This document shows positions 63,254 through 64,000 of a DNA stretch of 64,000 nucleotides, piece after piece. The translations under genes were made by a program, and so were the position numbers. The stretch lies in contig VRVR01000034.1 of assembly GCA_009859145.1 (NCBI GenBank), forward strand, positions 233,822 to 297,821, given 5' to 3'. Under the pieces are notes generated by a model that saw only the letters and a list, made by a program, of their open reading frames with translations, was not told the origin of the DNA and ran no database searches. Every line of letters starts with the position of its first letter. Position 1 is the stretch's first letter. The DNA is from Andalucia godoyi And28 (Eukaryota; Protista; Jakobida).

Positions 63254-63504
63254 TCCGTGAAATCCAGCATATGCAGTCTGTAAATTGCCTTCAGGAGCGA
63301 CTTTGTTGTCATTCGAATGTTTTTTTCCCGACATGCCAGAATCCAGCACAAATACAGAAAAGGGTCCACATCACAAATACGGAAAACTCGCCAGACCATC
63401 CTTTCTGAGATAATGCTGGGGACTGGTAGAGTCGCGGATGGCGAGCAATCTGGTACACGAATATCGCCTGGGGACGACGTCGTTCAGGAGTTATACGTAA
63501 AATA

Positions 63505-64000
63505 TTAATTACCTAATTCCCGACTACAGTCGTTTTTTATCAGTATACTTTTCAACAACGAATCTGTCCTCGCCGCTGCATCTAGTGATGGAATGTGGCA
63601 CGGGGGTACATCCCGATGCGTGTGTTCCGAGCCTTCTTCTGCCCGGTGGGACACTAACCACGCTCGCAGAGAAGAGACAGGAAGGGTGTCACCTGTTGCA
63701 TTCCGTTGAGTTATACAGAGTAAGCAGAGCACTGCATCCAAATTGGGTTCTTTATTGTACCATGCGTGTTCATCGGGGGGCGCGTATGGCGAGGTACAGC
63801 GCACACAGCTCCCGCTCCGTCTTGAGCTGGAGAGGCGCAGTGATGATCGGCCTGTGCCCATCGGTGAAGCAACTGCCACGAAACAGCTGGCTTGCACGCA
63901 GAGCGGCGTTCGACACTTTCTTGCGCGTCTTTGCGTTGGGCACTCCCCCCGGTTGGCGGACTGCAGAGACGAATGCGACGAACTCGCTGGTCGCAGTAGC
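63505..64000 (-). CDS. 3' end of an unidentified gene running off the window; two protein-like frames are offset by +1 at a C6 run
   Basis: The frame from 64000 is open to TGA at 63770-63772 (...LYLAIRAPR*). The +1 frame continues to 63505 (DEHAWYNKEPNLDAVLCLLC...). Confidence 0.45.
   Translation of the reverse strand, partial: LLRPASSSHSSLQSANRGECPTQRRARKCRTPLCVQASCFVAVASPMGTGRSSLRLSSSRRSGSCVRCTSPYAPPDEHAWYNKEPNLDAVLCLLCITQRNATGDTLPVSSLRAWLVSHRAEEGSEHTHRDVPPCHIPSLDAAARTDSLLKSILIKNDCSRELGN

Noticed and set aside
1-64000. Search for transposase, reverse transcriptase, TnpB/Fanzor RuvC, rRNA or intact tRNA
   Set aside because: No DDE, YxDD or RuvC motif pattern was seen in any unassigned ORF, and no cloverleaf or rRNA-like sequence was recognised by eye.

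Overview
This is a gene-dense, intron-poor eukaryotic (protist-like) nuclear window. About 31 protein-coding genes lie on both strands, separated by short AT-rich, microsatellite-rich spacers. The few introns I could reconstruct are GT-AG, with donors such as GTACGT, GTATGT, GTATGC and GTACAC, and the standard genetic code fits. Recognisable genes are Rab28 (5' part), a HAD/CECR5 hydrolase, a Zn2Cys6-PAS factor, NF-YC, RRP41, an Hsp20-like protein, an RME-8-like protein, a CYP51-clan P450, a FERM protein, threonine aldolase, a GOST/TMEM87 7TM protein, an ABCG transporter, BORCS7, CDIN1, Tctex1, Sec15, RFC3, an SRR1-like protein, a MYST acetyltransferase, an EF-hand protein, an M32 carboxypeptidase, a PAS-adenylate cyclase and a P3A H+-ATPase. 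I found no rRNA, intact tRNA, CRISPR array or transposase. The most unusual signals are: (1) a two-copy ~175-240 bp element with terminal inverted repeats, tRNA-like A/B boxes and substitutions compatible with one hairpin; (2) an RME-8 homologue with no J domain, in which an MG N-terminus replaces the PH-like module; (3) a Sec15 with an extra TH1/PH-like N-terminal domain; (4) a CYP51-clan P450 lacking the I-helix His-Thr; (5) two genes that need a frame change; (6) a recurrent oriented motif ~105-200 bp upstream of start codons. All family assignments are by eye from motifs, and no database search was run.
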